DNA of 64,000 nucleotides from an uncultured Faecalibacterium sp. Its GTDB lineage: Bacteria; Bacillota; Clostridia; Oscillospirales; Ruminococcaceae. Positions 19,276 to 29,024 of the stretch are shown piece after piece. The stretch lies in the NCBI GenBank assembly GCA_900765105.1, contig CAAFQM010000126.1, positions 122-64,121 on the forward strand, given 5' to 3'. Below the pieces are notes generated by a model. The model worked only from the letters and a program-made list of their open reading frames with translations. It ran no database searches and was not told the origin of the DNA. Both the position numbers and the translations under genes were made by a program. Position 1 is the first letter of the stretch; every line of letters begins with the position of its first letter.

Positions 19276-20690
19276 GCGTGACTACGCCCATTGTGGACTT
19301 TGTGCGCCGCTATGCGCAGTCCGGGACCTCCCGGCTGCATATGCCCGGCCACAAGGGACAGAAGATTCTGGGCTTTGAACCGTGGGATATCACCGAGATC
19401 AGCGGTGCAGATGAGCTGTATGAAGCAGAGGGCATCATTGCAGAGAGCGAAGCCAACGCCACAAAGCTTTTCGGTACAGCGCATACTTTCTATAGTACAG
19501 AAGGCTCCTCGCAGTGTATCCGCGCCATGCTCTTTCTGGCGCTGCAGGCGGCTCCGAAGACCGGCGGTCGCCCGGTGCTGCTGGCAGCACGCAACGCCCA
19601 CAAGGCGCTGCTCTATGCGGCGGCACTGCTGGATTTTGATATTCGGTGGCTCTGGCCTGCACAGAAAGACGCCGGGGCGCTGTGTAGCTGCCCTGTTTCT
19701 GCCGGGCAGCTGAAGCAGACACTTCAGGAAATGGAACAGCAGGGCAAAAAGCCCTTCGGCGTCTATGTCACCAGCCCGGATTACCTCGGCGGGGTGCAGG
19801 ATATCGCTGCGCTGGCCGGGGTCTGCAATGCGTCCGGGGTACCGCTTCTGGTGGACAACGCCCACGGTGCTTATCTGCGGTTTCTCCCGCAGGGGCCGGG
19901 GCATCCCATCGCGCTGGGCGCTGCCATGTGCTGCGATTCCGGCCACAAAACGCTGCCGGTGGTCACGGGCGGGGCATACCTGCATCTGGGCGAAAACGCT
20001 CCGGTACAGGATGAAATTGCCGTGCGGAATGCGCTGGCGCTGTTTGGCTCCACCAGCCCGTCTTACCTGATTTTGCAGTCGCTGGATCAGTGCAACCGCA
20101 TCCTTTCGGAAGGATATCCGCTGCGGCTGATGCAGTGCTGTGGGTATCTGACCCGGCTGCGCAGAGAGCTGAACGAAGCGGCTGCGGCAAAACATTGTCC
20201 CATGCCGCTGGTGCTGGAAAGCGAGCCGCTCAAAGTCACGCTGGACGCTGCGGCACTGGGCCTGCCCGGGCAGGAGCTGGCCGGGCGGCTGCGCGGCGCA
20301 CAGATCGAGTGTGAGTATGCCGACCCGCGTTATGTGGTGCTGATGTTCACCCCGGAAAATCCTCCGCAGGATTTCGAACGTCTGACAGCTGCCGTCCGCG
20401 GTATCGTGGAAAGTCTGTCCGGGCCAATACCGGAGCCGGAACAGACGGCAGAAGGATTCCGGGCGCTGGAACAGAGCCTTGCGACCCGCTGCAGCATCCG
20501 GCAGGCTGTATTTGCCCCACAGGAGATGATCCCGGCAGAGCAGGCAGAAGGATGCATCTGTGCCATGCCGACTGTTTCCTGCCCGCCGGCGATCCCAATT
20601 GTGGTCAGTGGTGAGGTTGTTTCGTCGGCAGCTGTGGAGCTGATGAAGCGGTACGGAATCAAAACCATCTCTGTTCTGCACAAAAAATAA
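19272..20690 (+). CDS. PLP-dependent Orn/Lys/Arg decarboxylase family protein
   Basis: LHMPGHKG, DITEI.GADEL, RNAHKA, TSPDYLG, VDNAHGA, SGHKTLP, STSPSY. Confidence 0.88.
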   Translation: MSVTTPIVDFVRRYAQSGTSRLHMPGHKGQKILGFEPWDITEISGADELYEAEGIIAESEANATKLFGTAHTFYSTEGSSQCIRAMLFLALQAAPKTGGRPVLLAARNAHKALLYAAALLDFDIRWLWPAQKDAGALCSCPVSAGQLKQTLQEMEQQGKKPFGVYVTSPDYLGGVQDIAALAGVCNASGVPLLVDNAHGAYLRFLPQGPGHPIALGAAMCCDSGHKTLPVVTGGAYLHLGENAPVQDEIAVRNALALFGSTSPSYLILQSLDQCNRILSEGYPLRLMQCCGYLTRLRRELNEAAAAKHCPMPLVLESEPLKVTLDAAALGLPGQELAGRLRGAQIECEYADPRYVVLMFTPENPPQDFERLTAAVRGIVESLSGPIPEPEQTAEGFRALEQSLATRCSIRQAVFAPQEMIPAEQAEGCICAMPTVSCPPAIPIVVSGEVVSSAAVELMKRYGIKTISVLHKK

Positions 20691-20732
20691 GCCTGTTTCA
20701 AGAGCGCGGTGCTTTCTGCACCGTGCTCTTTT

Positions 20733-20761
20733 GCATATCCGCTTCATGCCGTGCATACCTT
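20733..20761 (+). promoter_or_regulatory. Putative sigmaE-type promoter
   Basis: GCATATC, 14 bp, CATACCTT. Confidence 0.55.
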
Positions 20762-20795
20762 TTGATAGAAACGGACAGGGAAAGGGGTACACTGC

Positions 20796-22313
20796 ATGGG
20801 ACTGAAGATTTTTCGGGATACATTGCCGCAGGCGGGGGCCGACTGCACGATAAAAGCTGAACTCCCGCTTGAGACCGAGATCCTTATTTCAGACTATCTT
20901 CCTCCGGTGTTCAAGCTGGTCAAGTGCTTTGCGAAACCGGTCGTGCTGCAAAAGCAGCTGCAGCCCGGGCGGCTGACGCTGGAAGGCTATCTGCGCTGCA
21001 TCGTATTTTATCAGGGTGAGGATGGAACTGGCCTTTGCCAGACAGAGCAGAAACTTCCTTTCACGAAGCAGCTGGAAACCCCGGAAGCCGCATTCACTTC
21101 ATGGACCGTTACCGCCGAGGGGCAGACCGAGTACCTCAACTGCCGGGCCGTGACGCCCCGACGCATTGAGGTGCGCGGCGCTTTCGGGATGATCGCTGCC
21201 CTTCATACTCAGAACAATTCTGAAATCATTACAGCACTGGCAGACGGAAACATTGAGCAGCGGCTGCAAACAGTCAGCGGCGTGCGCAGTGTCGCCGTGC
21301 TGGAAAAGCTGGTCACGGCAGAAGGTGAGCTGGTGTTTGCAAAGCCTCCGGCCGCGGTGCTGGATATCACAGGAACTGCAGCGGTGCGGGAGGTGAAACT
21401 ACTGACCGGAAAAGCTGTGGTCAAAGGCGAGATCCGGGCATCGTGTGCATGGCGTGCCGAAGGGGAGACCACTCTGCAGAGTCAGACGGCATCTCTGCCG
21501 TTCCAGCAGGTCGTGGATCTGGACGGTATCGCAGAGGATTGCAAATGCCTGTGCGTTCTGGAACCGGTCGGCTTTTCTGTAACCGAAGGGGAACAGGACA
21601 GCAGCCAGCTGACCGCGAATGTGATGATGCATCTGCATGCATGGCGGCCGTTCCAGTTACAGACCGCAGCTGACGCATTCTCCACCCGCTATGAGACCAA
21701 CCTCACTCCGCAGGAGCGGGCAGTGGATGATCTGGCCTGTCTGCTGAATGAGACTTCCTCTGCTACAGCAAACGGGCCATTACCGGATGCGGGCGCACAG
21801 CTTCGGGCCTGTTTTGTTTCCTACGGACCGGTGCAGATCGACTGGCGGGACGGCAGGCCGGAGCTGACGGTACGGGCTGTGGCCACGGCGTTTGCCGAGA
21901 ATAGCCTTGCGGAGTTGGAAAGCTACGAAAAGCCACTGGAACTGCGGTTCCCGCTTCCGGCAGAAGTGCCGCCGGAAACACAGCTTTTCCCGGAATGCTG
22001 GCTGAGCACGGAAAATGTCCAGTGCAGCTGCTCGGGCGGGACGCTGGAAGTAACGGTGACCGCCCGGGCGGAAGGTGCCGTCCTCTGCCGGAAAACATTT
22101 ACCGCCATCGGAGAGATTTCCCTCGGCGAACCGCTGACCGCAGCAGACCCGGAGATTGCGCTGCGCATCTACTATGCGCAGGAAGGAGAAAAGCCCTTTG
22201 ATATTGCCCGGCGGTTCCATGTTTCTCCGGCGCAGATGCTGGCGGCCAATGGGCTGGACGCTGGCACACAGGCTTTGCCGCAGGCACAGCACTTTCTGGT
22301 GCCCAGTGTGTAA
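20796..22313 (+). CDS. SPOCS (DUF3794) repeat protein with C-terminal LysM domain (SipL-like spore coat morphogenetic protein)
   Basis: Repeated ~170-aa beta-rich units; C-terminal IYYAQEGEKPFDIARRFHVS...MLAANGL LysM. Confidence 0.75.
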   Translation: MGLKIFRDTLPQAGADCTIKAELPLETEILISDYLPPVFKLVKCFAKPVVLQKQLQPGRLTLEGYLRCIVFYQGEDGTGLCQTEQKLPFTKQLETPEAAFTSWTVTAEGQTEYLNCRAVTPRRIEVRGAFGMIAALHTQNNSEIITALADGNIEQRLQTVSGVRSVAVLEKLVTAEGELVFAKPPAAVLDITGTAAVREVKLLTGKAVVKGEIRASCAWRAEGETTLQSQTASLPFQQVVDLDGIAEDCKCLCVLEPVGFSVTEGEQDSSQLTANVMMHLHAWRPFQLQTAADAFSTRYETNLTPQERAVDDLACLLNETSSATANGPLPDAGAQLRACFVSYGPVQIDWRDGRPELTVRAVATAFAENSLAELESYEKPLELRFPLPAEVPPETQLFPECWLSTENVQCSCSGGTLEVTVTARAEGAVLCRKTFTAIGEISLGEPLTAADPEIALRIYYAQEGEKPFDIARRFHVSPAQMLAANGLDAGTQALPQAQHFLVPSV

Positions 22314-22452
22314 AATGACTGAAGAACGCTGCCATTTTCCGGCAGCGTTCTCCTTTTTGTCAGGGAAATAACCTGAAAAGCTCTTTCTTATCCAGCCGGA
22401 GCGGAGTATAATAGACTCTGGTGTTTGGAATAGGAAAGGAGCATCAGTCAAC

Positions 22453-23241
22453 ATGGAGACGGAATCAAAGTTTCTGGATCCGGAACTTGTCAATGCGAAA
22501 AAACCGGTCTGGGCGTTCAGCCGTAAGACTTTCTGCGAGGGAATGCGCGACGGCGTGCCCATTGCGCTGGGTTATTTTGCAGTTTCGTTCTCGCTGGGCA
22601 TTGCGGCCCGGCGGGCAGGATTCACCCCATTTCAGGGCTTCTTGGTCAGCCTGCTGAATAATGCTTCGGCCGGTGAGTATGCGGCATTTGCCATTATCAT
22701 GGCAAATGCAACCAATCTGGAAGTAGCAGTCATTACCCTGATCGCAAATGCACGCTATCTGCTCATGAGCTGTGCGCTGGCCCAGCGCTTTGCACCGGGC
22801 ACCCCCTTCTGGCACAGGCTGGTCATCGGCTACGACGTAACGGATGAACTGTTCGGCATTACCATTGCACGGCCCGGCAGTCTGAACCCATATTATACTT
22901 ACGGTGCCATTTTGCTGGCTGCTCCCGCATGGGCGACCGGTACGGCACTGGGCATCATTGCGGGCAACCTGCTGCCGCTGCGGGCAGTCAGTGCACTGAG
23001 CGTGGCGCTGTACGGCATGTTTCTGGCTATCATCATCCCGCCGGCCCGAAAGAACAAAGTCGTGGCGGCGCTGGTGGCCATCAGCTTTGCGCTGAGCTTT
23101 GTGTGCAACTATCTGCCGGGCATCTCCGCGCTTTCGGAGGGCACCCGCACGATCCTGCTTACTGTGCTTATTTCCAGTGCAGCAGCGGTGCTTTTCCCGG
23201 TCAATACGGAGGAACAGGAGGCAGAACATGACCCACAATAA
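22453..23241 (+). CDS. azlC: AzlC-family branched-chain amino acid exporter permease
   Basis: GVPIALGY, ASAGEYA, ANARYLLMS, VTDELFG. Confidence 0.88.
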   Translation: METESKFLDPELVNAKKPVWAFSRKTFCEGMRDGVPIALGYFAVSFSLGIAARRAGFTPFQGFLVSLLNNASAGEYAAFAIIMANATNLEVAVITLIANARYLLMSCALAQRFAPGTPFWHRLVIGYDVTDELFGITIARPGSLNPYYTYGAILLAAPAWATGTALGIIAGNLLPLRAVSALSVALYGMFLAIIIPPARKNKVVAALVAISFALSFVCNYLPGISALSEGTRTILLTVLISSAAAVLFPVNTEEQEAEHDPQ

Positions 23242-23533
23242 TTACATCTACATTGCGGTCATGGCGCTGGTATCCTATGCCATCCGCATCCTGCCGCTGA
23301 CGCTGATCCGCAAGCCCATCAAAAACCGCTTTATCCAGTCGTTTCTGTACTATGTGCCCTATGTCACGCTGGCGGTCATGACCTTCCCGGCCATTGTCAA
23401 CGCGACCCAAAGCCCTGTGGCCGGTGCCATGGCACTGGTGGTGGGCATTGCTGCAGCGTGGTTCGGTGCCAGCCTGTTTCAGGTCTCGGTCGCCTGCTGC
23501 GCGGTGGTTTTTGTGCTGGAATTTTTTGTCTGA
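23228..23533 (+). CDS. azlD: AzlD-family membrane protein
   Basis: MALVSYAIRILP...FLYYVPYVTLAVMTFP; overlaps the azlC end. Confidence 0.85.
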   Translation: MTHNNYIYIAVMALVSYAIRILPLTLIRKPIKNRFIQSFLYYVPYVTLAVMTFPAIVNATQSPVAGAMALVVGIAAAWFGASLFQVSVACCAVVFVLEFFV

Positions 23534-23615
23534 CTCTTCGGCAAATGCTGCCCGGAAGCTGCGGTGCTCCCGGGCACTTTTGCATATTTCCGCTTTTTAA
23601 AAAGGAGGCGTCTCT

Positions 23616-24461
23616 ATGAAAAAGATCCTCATCACCGGGGCGGGCGGATTCGTTGGCTCTCGGATTCTGCAGCAGTGGAACCGGAACGATGCCCTGTACA
23701 CGCTGCCCAAAGGCTTTTTCCGGACGGCTGGCGAAGCACAAATCATGGAGCAGGTGGAAAAAATCTGCCCGAATGTGATCTTGCACACTGCAGCCATCTC
23801 GGACACCGGTTACTGTGCGCAGCACCCGGAAGAAGCTTACCGTGCAAACGTATTGCTTCCGGTCTGGCTGGCAAAAGCGGCCGCAAAGACCCGCGCAAAG
23901 CTGGTGGCCTTCAGCTCGGATCAGGTCTACGCAGGCGTTCAGGGGACCGGCCCGCTGCCGGAAACGCTGGAACTGACGCCCACCAATGTATATGGCTGCT
24001 ATAAGCTGGAAGCAGAGCAGCGTGTGCTGCAGGTCTGCCCGGACTCCGTTCACCTCCGTGCCACATGGATGTACGACCTGCCCGGCTACGGCCTGCCCAT
24101 CCGGGGCAATCTGCCACTGAATCTTCTGCACGCAGCGCTGAAAGGGGAAAGTGTGCGCTTTTCCCGCAACGATTTCCGCGGCGTGACGTATGTCCGGCAG
24201 GTGATCCGCAATCTGGAACCGGCACTCAGCCTGCCCGGCGGGGTATACAATTTCGGTAGCGGAAACGATACGGATATGGTGCGCACCGCGCAGCAATTTG
24301 CACAGGAAATGGGCATCTGTGCTCAGGTCGAAGAAGCAGACTGGTACCGTAACCTTGTAATGGACGGCACAAAGCTGAAACATTCCGGCATTCATTTTGA
24401 AACAACGCAGCAGGGAATCCGGCGGTGCCTGCAGGACTACGGATTGGAGGGCGGCATATGA
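23616..24461 (+). CDS. Extended SDR (dTDP-4-dehydrorhamnose reductase-like NAD-dependent epimerase/reductase)
   Basis: ITGAGGFVG, HTAA, SSDQVY, YGCYKLEAE. Confidence 0.8.
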   Translation: MKKILITGAGGFVGSRILQQWNRNDALYTLPKGFFRTAGEAQIMEQVEKICPNVILHTAAISDTGYCAQHPEEAYRANVLLPVWLAKAAAKTRAKLVAFSSDQVYAGVQGTGPLPETLELTPTNVYGCYKLEAEQRVLQVCPDSVHLRATWMYDLPGYGLPIRGNLPLNLLHAALKGESVRFSRNDFRGVTYVRQVIRNLEPALSLPGGVYNFGSGNDTDMVRTAQQFAQEMGICAQVEEADWYRNLVMDGTKLKHSGIHFETTQQGIRRCLQDYGLEGGI

Positions 24462-25324
24462 TTTATCTTGACGAGTTCCGTTTTCTGGATTCCGATGATG
24501 AATGGGATTATTTTAGGGATATGGAAAATGAAATGTCCTACGACTCCCTCTATCCATTCCAGATGTTTCCGAATATGGAATGGTCCGACGTGATTTTTGA
24601 TGCAGTTACGATCTTTTATGGCGGAAATGGTTCCGGTAAAAGCACGGCGCTGAACCTGATCGCAGAAAAGCTTCATCTGGCACGGGAGAGCAGCTATAAT
24701 CACAGCGCGTTGTTTGACGACTATGTAGACCGGTGCGATGCTTCTGTGTTGCACAGGCTCCCGTCCGGCAGCCGCATCATCACAAGCGATGATGTGTTTG
24801 ATTATATGTTTGGCGTGCGCAATTTCAACGAAGGCGTCGACCGACGCAGGGACGAGCTTTTTCAGGAATATGCTTCGTACAGCAATACGCCGCTCAGACT
24901 GCATAGCATGGATGACTACGAAGCGTTCAAGAAGGGAATGAAGGCCAGACGTTCTACCCGGACCGAATATGTCCGGCAGCGGGTCACGAACAATATCCGG
25001 ACCCGTTCGAACGGAGAAAGTGCCCTGCAGTATTTTCAGCACCAGATCCGGTCTGATGCGCTTTATCTTCTGGACGAGCCGGAAAACAGCCTGAGTGCGG
25101 AAAAGCAGATCCTTCTGGCAGAATTTCTGGAGCAGTCTGCCCGTTTTTACGGCTGTCAACTGGTCATTGCGACCCATTCGCCCTTTCTGCTGGCGATGAA
25201 GGGTGCCCGCATTTATGATCTGGACACAGTCCCGGTGGACACTGCTGCATGGACGGAGCTGCCCAATGTCCGGATGTATTATGATTTCTTTCAGAAACAC
25301 CGGGATGAATTTGAAGAGGACTGA
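24458..25324 (+). CDS. Stand-alone ABC-type/AAA ATPase (COG3910-like)
   Basis: GGNGSGKST, SNGES signature, LYLLDEPE, IATHSP. Confidence 0.8.
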   Translation: MIYLDEFRFLDSDDEWDYFRDMENEMSYDSLYPFQMFPNMEWSDVIFDAVTIFYGGNGSGKSTALNLIAEKLHLARESSYNHSALFDDYVDRCDASVLHRLPSGSRIITSDDVFDYMFGVRNFNEGVDRRRDELFQEYASYSNTPLRLHSMDDYEAFKKGMKARRSTRTEYVRQRVTNNIRTRSNGESALQYFQHQIRSDALYLLDEPENSLSAEKQILLAEFLEQSARFYGCQLVIATHSPFLLAMKGARIYDLDTVPVDTAAWTELPNVRMYYDFFQKHRDEFEED

Positions 25325-25517
25325 ACCTGAAAATCTTCCGAAATTTCTGTATCGCACAAAAAACAGAGAAATGGATACAACAAAGCAGGATGTTCTGTGC
25401 GGAAAATCCGCCGAAAGCGGAAGAAAAGGCGCGCAGAACACCCTGCTTTGTTTATCTCCGAGCAGAAAATGCCCTCGGAATACGAAGAATGGCCGTTCGT
25501 GGAAAAGTCATACTTAA

Positions 25518-25546
25518 TTTACAATAATTCTCAGTTTTGCTATAAT
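25518..25546 (+). promoter_or_regulatory. Sigma-A promoter of the NCS2 permease
   Basis: TTTACA, 17 bp, TATAAT with TGn. Confidence 0.75.
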
Positions 25547-25610
25547 GAATCCGCTTTTCCAAAGCATCCGAAAATCTAAATTGTGTCAAAATCTGAGGAG
25601 AGTGGATCGT

Positions 25611-27008
25611 TTGAAGGAAGTCAAACTCGAGGAGTCGGCTTATCAGTTCGACGCCAAAATGTCCCTGAAGCAGGCCATCCCGCTGGGTCTGCAGCACGTC
25701 TGCGCCATGTTCGTGGGCAACTTGACCCCGCTGTTGATCATCACCAGTGCCTGCGGCATTGCAGGCGGCGAATTTGCAGACCTGCAGGTCACGCTGCTGC
25801 AAAGCGCCATGTTCGTGGCCGGTGTAGTCACACTGGTGCAGCTGTTCACCATCGGCCCGGTCGGCGGCGGTGTGCCCATCATCATGGGTACCAGCTCCGG
25901 CTTTATCGGCGTGTTCAACAGCGTCGTCGGCAGCATGGGCGGCGGTGTGCTGGCCTATGGTGCCATTATGGGCGCGTCGATCATCGGCGGTATTTTTGAA
26001 AGCGTGCTCGGCTTCTTTCTCAAGCCCCTGCGTAAGTTCTTCCCGCCGGTGGTCACCGGTACGGTGGTTCTGTCCATCGGCCTGTCGCTGATTTCGGTGG
26101 GCATCAATTCCTTCGGTGGCGGCAACAGTGCAAAGGATTTCGGCTCCATGGAAAACCTCCTGCTGGCGCTGTTTGTTCTGGTGGTCATCCTATTTTTCAA
26201 GCACTGGACTACCGGCTTCCTCAGCTCTTCTGCCATCCTGATCGGCATTCTGGCCGGTTATCTGGCAGCTTTTGTGATGGGTCTTGTGCTGCCCACCACC
26301 GGCGTTACCGCCGACGGTGTGGAGTTCACCAAGGCATGGGTGCTCAACTGGGACAAGGTGGCGCAGGCTTCCTGGTTTGCTGTTCCCAAGCTGATGCCCG
26401 TCAAGGTGGTCTTTGATTTGCGCGCCATCCTGCCCGTGCTTGTCATGTTCATCGTCACAGCTGTGGAAACTATCGGTGATATTTCCGGCGTGATGGAAGG
26501 CGGCATGGACCGCGAGCCGACCGACAAGGAGCTGTCCGGCGGCGTCATCTGCGACGGCCTCGGCTCTACTTTTGCAGCGCTGTTCGGCGTCCTGCCAAAC
26601 ACCTCCTTCAGCCAGAATGTGGGTCTGGTGGCCATGACCAAGGTGGTCAACCGCATAGCTCTGGCTTCCGGTGCTATCTTCCTGATTCTGTGCGGCCTTG
26701 TTCCCAAACTGGGCGCACTGATTTCCATCATGCCGCAGGCAGTTCTGGGAGGTGCGGCTGTGATGATGTTCTCGTCCATCGTGGTCAGCGGCATTCAGCT
26801 GATCACCAAGGAGAAGATGACTCCACGTCACCTGACCATCGTGTCCGTGGCGCTGGGCGTCGGTTATGGCATGGGTGCCAACAGCGGCATTCTGGCCAAT
26901 GCTCCGCAGGCATTCCAGCTGATCTGCGGCGAGTCCGGCATCGTTCCGGCCGCTTTTGTGGCGATCCTGCTGAACGTCCTGCTGCCGAAGGACAATAAGG
27001 CGGAGTAA
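25611..27008 (+). CDS. NCS2/NAT xanthine/uric acid permease
   Basis: GLQHV in TM1, FPPVVTG, ETIGD, NAT motif QNVGLVAMTK; TTG start after GAGGAG assumed. Confidence 0.9.
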   Translation: MKEVKLEESAYQFDAKMSLKQAIPLGLQHVCAMFVGNLTPLLIITSACGIAGGEFADLQVTLLQSAMFVAGVVTLVQLFTIGPVGGGVPIIMGTSSGFIGVFNSVVGSMGGGVLAYGAIMGASIIGGIFESVLGFFLKPLRKFFPPVVTGTVVLSIGLSLISVGINSFGGGNSAKDFGSMENLLLALFVLVVILFFKHWTTGFLSSSAILIGILAGYLAAFVMGLVLPTTGVTADGVEFTKAWVLNWDKVAQASWFAVPKLMPVKVVFDLRAILPVLVMFIVTAVETIGDISGVMEGGMDREPTDKELSGGVICDGLGSTFAALFGVLPNTSFSQNVGLVAMTKVVNRIALASGAIFLILCGLVPKLGALISIMPQAVLGGAAVMMFSSIVVSGIQLITKEKMTPRHLTIVSVALGVGYGMGANSGILANAPQAFQLICGESGIVPAAFVAILLNVLLPKDNKAE

Positions 27009-27011
27009 GGT

Positions 27012-27653
27012 CTATCTTTTCTGAAACGCAAGAGTTTTCAGCTGCTCCAATGTTTCGGGCGTATCAGCATCCAGCAGCTCCGCACGGTCGGCAGCACTGA
27101 CGGTTCGGACAGCTTCAGGATACTTCCGCAACAGAACACTGCCGCCCTTGCCCTCGGGCAGAGCAAGCAGCTCGGGAAAGAAACTGTTTCCAAAGAGAAC
27201 GGGGCTTCCGGCAAGGGAAGCTCCGTTTTCTTCGATTCGGGCACCGAGACGGAAAATCTTCCGCTCTGCTTCTTTTGACCCGTCCGCCCGGAAGGCCGCA
27301 ATTACCGCTTCCACGCTGCTGCGCGTCAAAAGCGGCTGATCTCCGGGCAGGAACATACACCCGGCGAGATCCGGCCGCTGTTCCAGCAGATGGGAAAGAC
27401 CGAGACGGACGGTGTCGTTGCGCCCGGGCAGGCTGTGCAGCAGTACAGGAACTTCATGCTGTCGGCACAGCGACTGCACTTCTGCCGAGCGGGTGACAAC
27501 GATGCGCGCGGCCAGCTGCGGCGTATCCGTTGCAGAAAAGGCACGGCAGAGCACCGGCTCGCCGCAGAAATTGGCGAGAAGTTTGTTGGAGCCGAACCGT
27601 CGGCTCAGGCCGGATGCCATGATCACGCAGCCGACCGGAAAAAGTTCCTTCAT
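27012..27653 (-). CDS. mocA: Molybdenum cofactor cytidylyltransferase (MocA-like NTP transferase)
   Basis: MASGLSRRFGSNKLL, PGDQP, GSPVLF, DADTPE; divergent from the Mo-hydroxylase operon. Confidence 0.8.
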   Translation of the reverse strand: MKELFPVGCVIMASGLSRRFGSNKLLANFCGEPVLCRAFSATDTPQLAARIVVTRSAEVQSLCRQHEVPVLLHSLPGRNDTVRLGLSHLLEQRPDLAGCMFLPGDQPLLTRSSVEAVIAAFRADGSKEAERKIFRLGARIEENGASLAGSPVLFGNSFFPELLALPEGKGGSVLLRKYPEAVRTVSAADRAELLDADTPETLEQLKTLAFQKR

Positions 27654-27752
27654 GCAAAAAACACCCCTTCAAGTCCAAAGGATTTCTGATAGTATTATAG
27701 CGGATTTTGTGATAAAATAGAAGAACCGATAAAAAGAGAGGAACATGCATCT

Positions 27753-28553
27753 ATGATGACGATCCGAGAATACAAACGGGCCGAAAGTCTGGAAGAAGCC
27801 TGGCAGCTGAACCAGAAACGGCAGAACCGTGTGCTGGGCGGCATGATCTGGCTCAAGATGGAAAACATCAACGTGGGCACCGCCATCGATTTGTCCGGCC
27901 TTGGGCTGGACATGATCGATGAGACGGATGACAGCTTTTCCATTGGTGCCATGGTCACGCTGCGCCAGCTGGAAGAGCATCCCGGCCTTGCAGCCTATAC
28001 CCATGGTTCCGTCAAGGAAGCGCTGCGCCACATCGTGGGCGTGCAGCTGCGCAATCTGGCTACGGTGGGCGGCAGCATCTACAGCCGGTTCGGCTTTTCC
28101 GATGTACTGACGCTTTTTCTTGCCATGGACTGTTCGGTGGAACTTTACAAGGGCGGCATCGTTTCCCTGCAGGAATATGCCGAGCGCCCCTATGACCGCG
28201 ACATTCTGGTACGGCTGATCGTAAAAAAGACGGATGCGGAATACTGCTACCAGTCCGTACGCAACAGCCAGACGGATATCCCGGTGCTGACCTGCGCGGC
28301 TGCCCGCCTTGCGGACGGCAGCTACCGCGTCGCAATCGGTGCGCGCCCGTTGAAGGCTGTCCGGTTTGAATTTGCCGCCGGGAAAGTTCCTGTGCCGCAG
28401 CTTGCACAGACAATGGCAGACGAGGTGAAACAGCAGATCGTGACCGGCTCCAATATGCGCGGCAGCGCCGAATATCGCCGCCATCTGGCAGGTGTTCTGA
28501 CAAAGCGCGCCGTTCTGGAACTGGAAAGACACACCGCACAGGAGGTAAACTGA
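27753..28553 (+). CDS. Xanthine dehydrogenase-family FAD-binding subunit
   Basis: IGAMVTL, QLRNLATVGG, SD, NMRGSAEYR. Confidence 0.9.
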   Translation: MMTIREYKRAESLEEAWQLNQKRQNRVLGGMIWLKMENINVGTAIDLSGLGLDMIDETDDSFSIGAMVTLRQLEEHPGLAAYTHGSVKEALRHIVGVQLRNLATVGGSIYSRFGFSDVLTLFLAMDCSVELYKGGIVSLQEYAERPYDRDILVRLIVKKTDAEYCYQSVRNSQTDIPVLTCAAARLADGSYRVAIGARPLKAVRFEFAAGKVPVPQLAQTMADEVKQQIVTGSNMRGSAEYRRHLAGVLTKRAVLELERHTAQEVN

Positions 28554-29024
28554 ATGCAGATCCGTATTACGCTAAACGGGATCATGGTGACGGAGGAAGT
28601 TGCTCCCGACCTGCTCCTGATCGATTTTGTCCGCGCTCATGGCTGCAAAAGCGTCAAGCGCGGTTGTGAAACCTCCAACTGCGGCTTGTGCACCGTCTTT
28701 CTGGACGACAAGCCGGTGCTGTCCTGTTCGGTGCTGGCCGCCCGCGCCGACGGGCATAAAGTCACCACGCTGGAAGGCCTGCAGGAAGAAGCGGCGGAAT
28801 TCGGCGGCTTTATCGCCGATCAGGGCGCAGAGCAGTGCGGCTTTTGTAACCCGGGCTTTATCATGAATGCACTGGCGCTGTTCCGCGAAAATCCGTACCC
28901 CAGCGAGGAAGAGGTCAAGGAATATCTGTCCGGCAACCTCTGCCGCTGCTCCGGTTACGAGGGTCAGCTGCGGGGCATTATGAATTTTCTGGCATGGAAA
29001 AAGCAGAAGGAGGCCGCAGAATGA
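28554..29024 (+). CDS. Xanthine dehydrogenase-family 2x[2Fe-2S] subunit
   Basis: GCETSNCGLCTV, QCGFCNPG, GNLCRCSGY. Confidence 0.93.
   Translation: MQIRITLNGIMVTEEVAPDLLLIDFVRAHGCKSVKRGCETSNCGLCTVFLDDKPVLSCSVLAARADGHKVTTLEGLQEEAAEFGGFIADQGAEQCGFCNPGFIMNALALFRENPYPSEEEVKEYLSGNLCRCSGYEGQLRGIMNFLAWKKQKEAAE

Noticed and set aside
25547..25610. Purine riboswitch upstream of the NCS2 permease (also checked for guaB)
   Set aside because: Leaders are too short and lack the conserved TATGG...GTTTCTAC core
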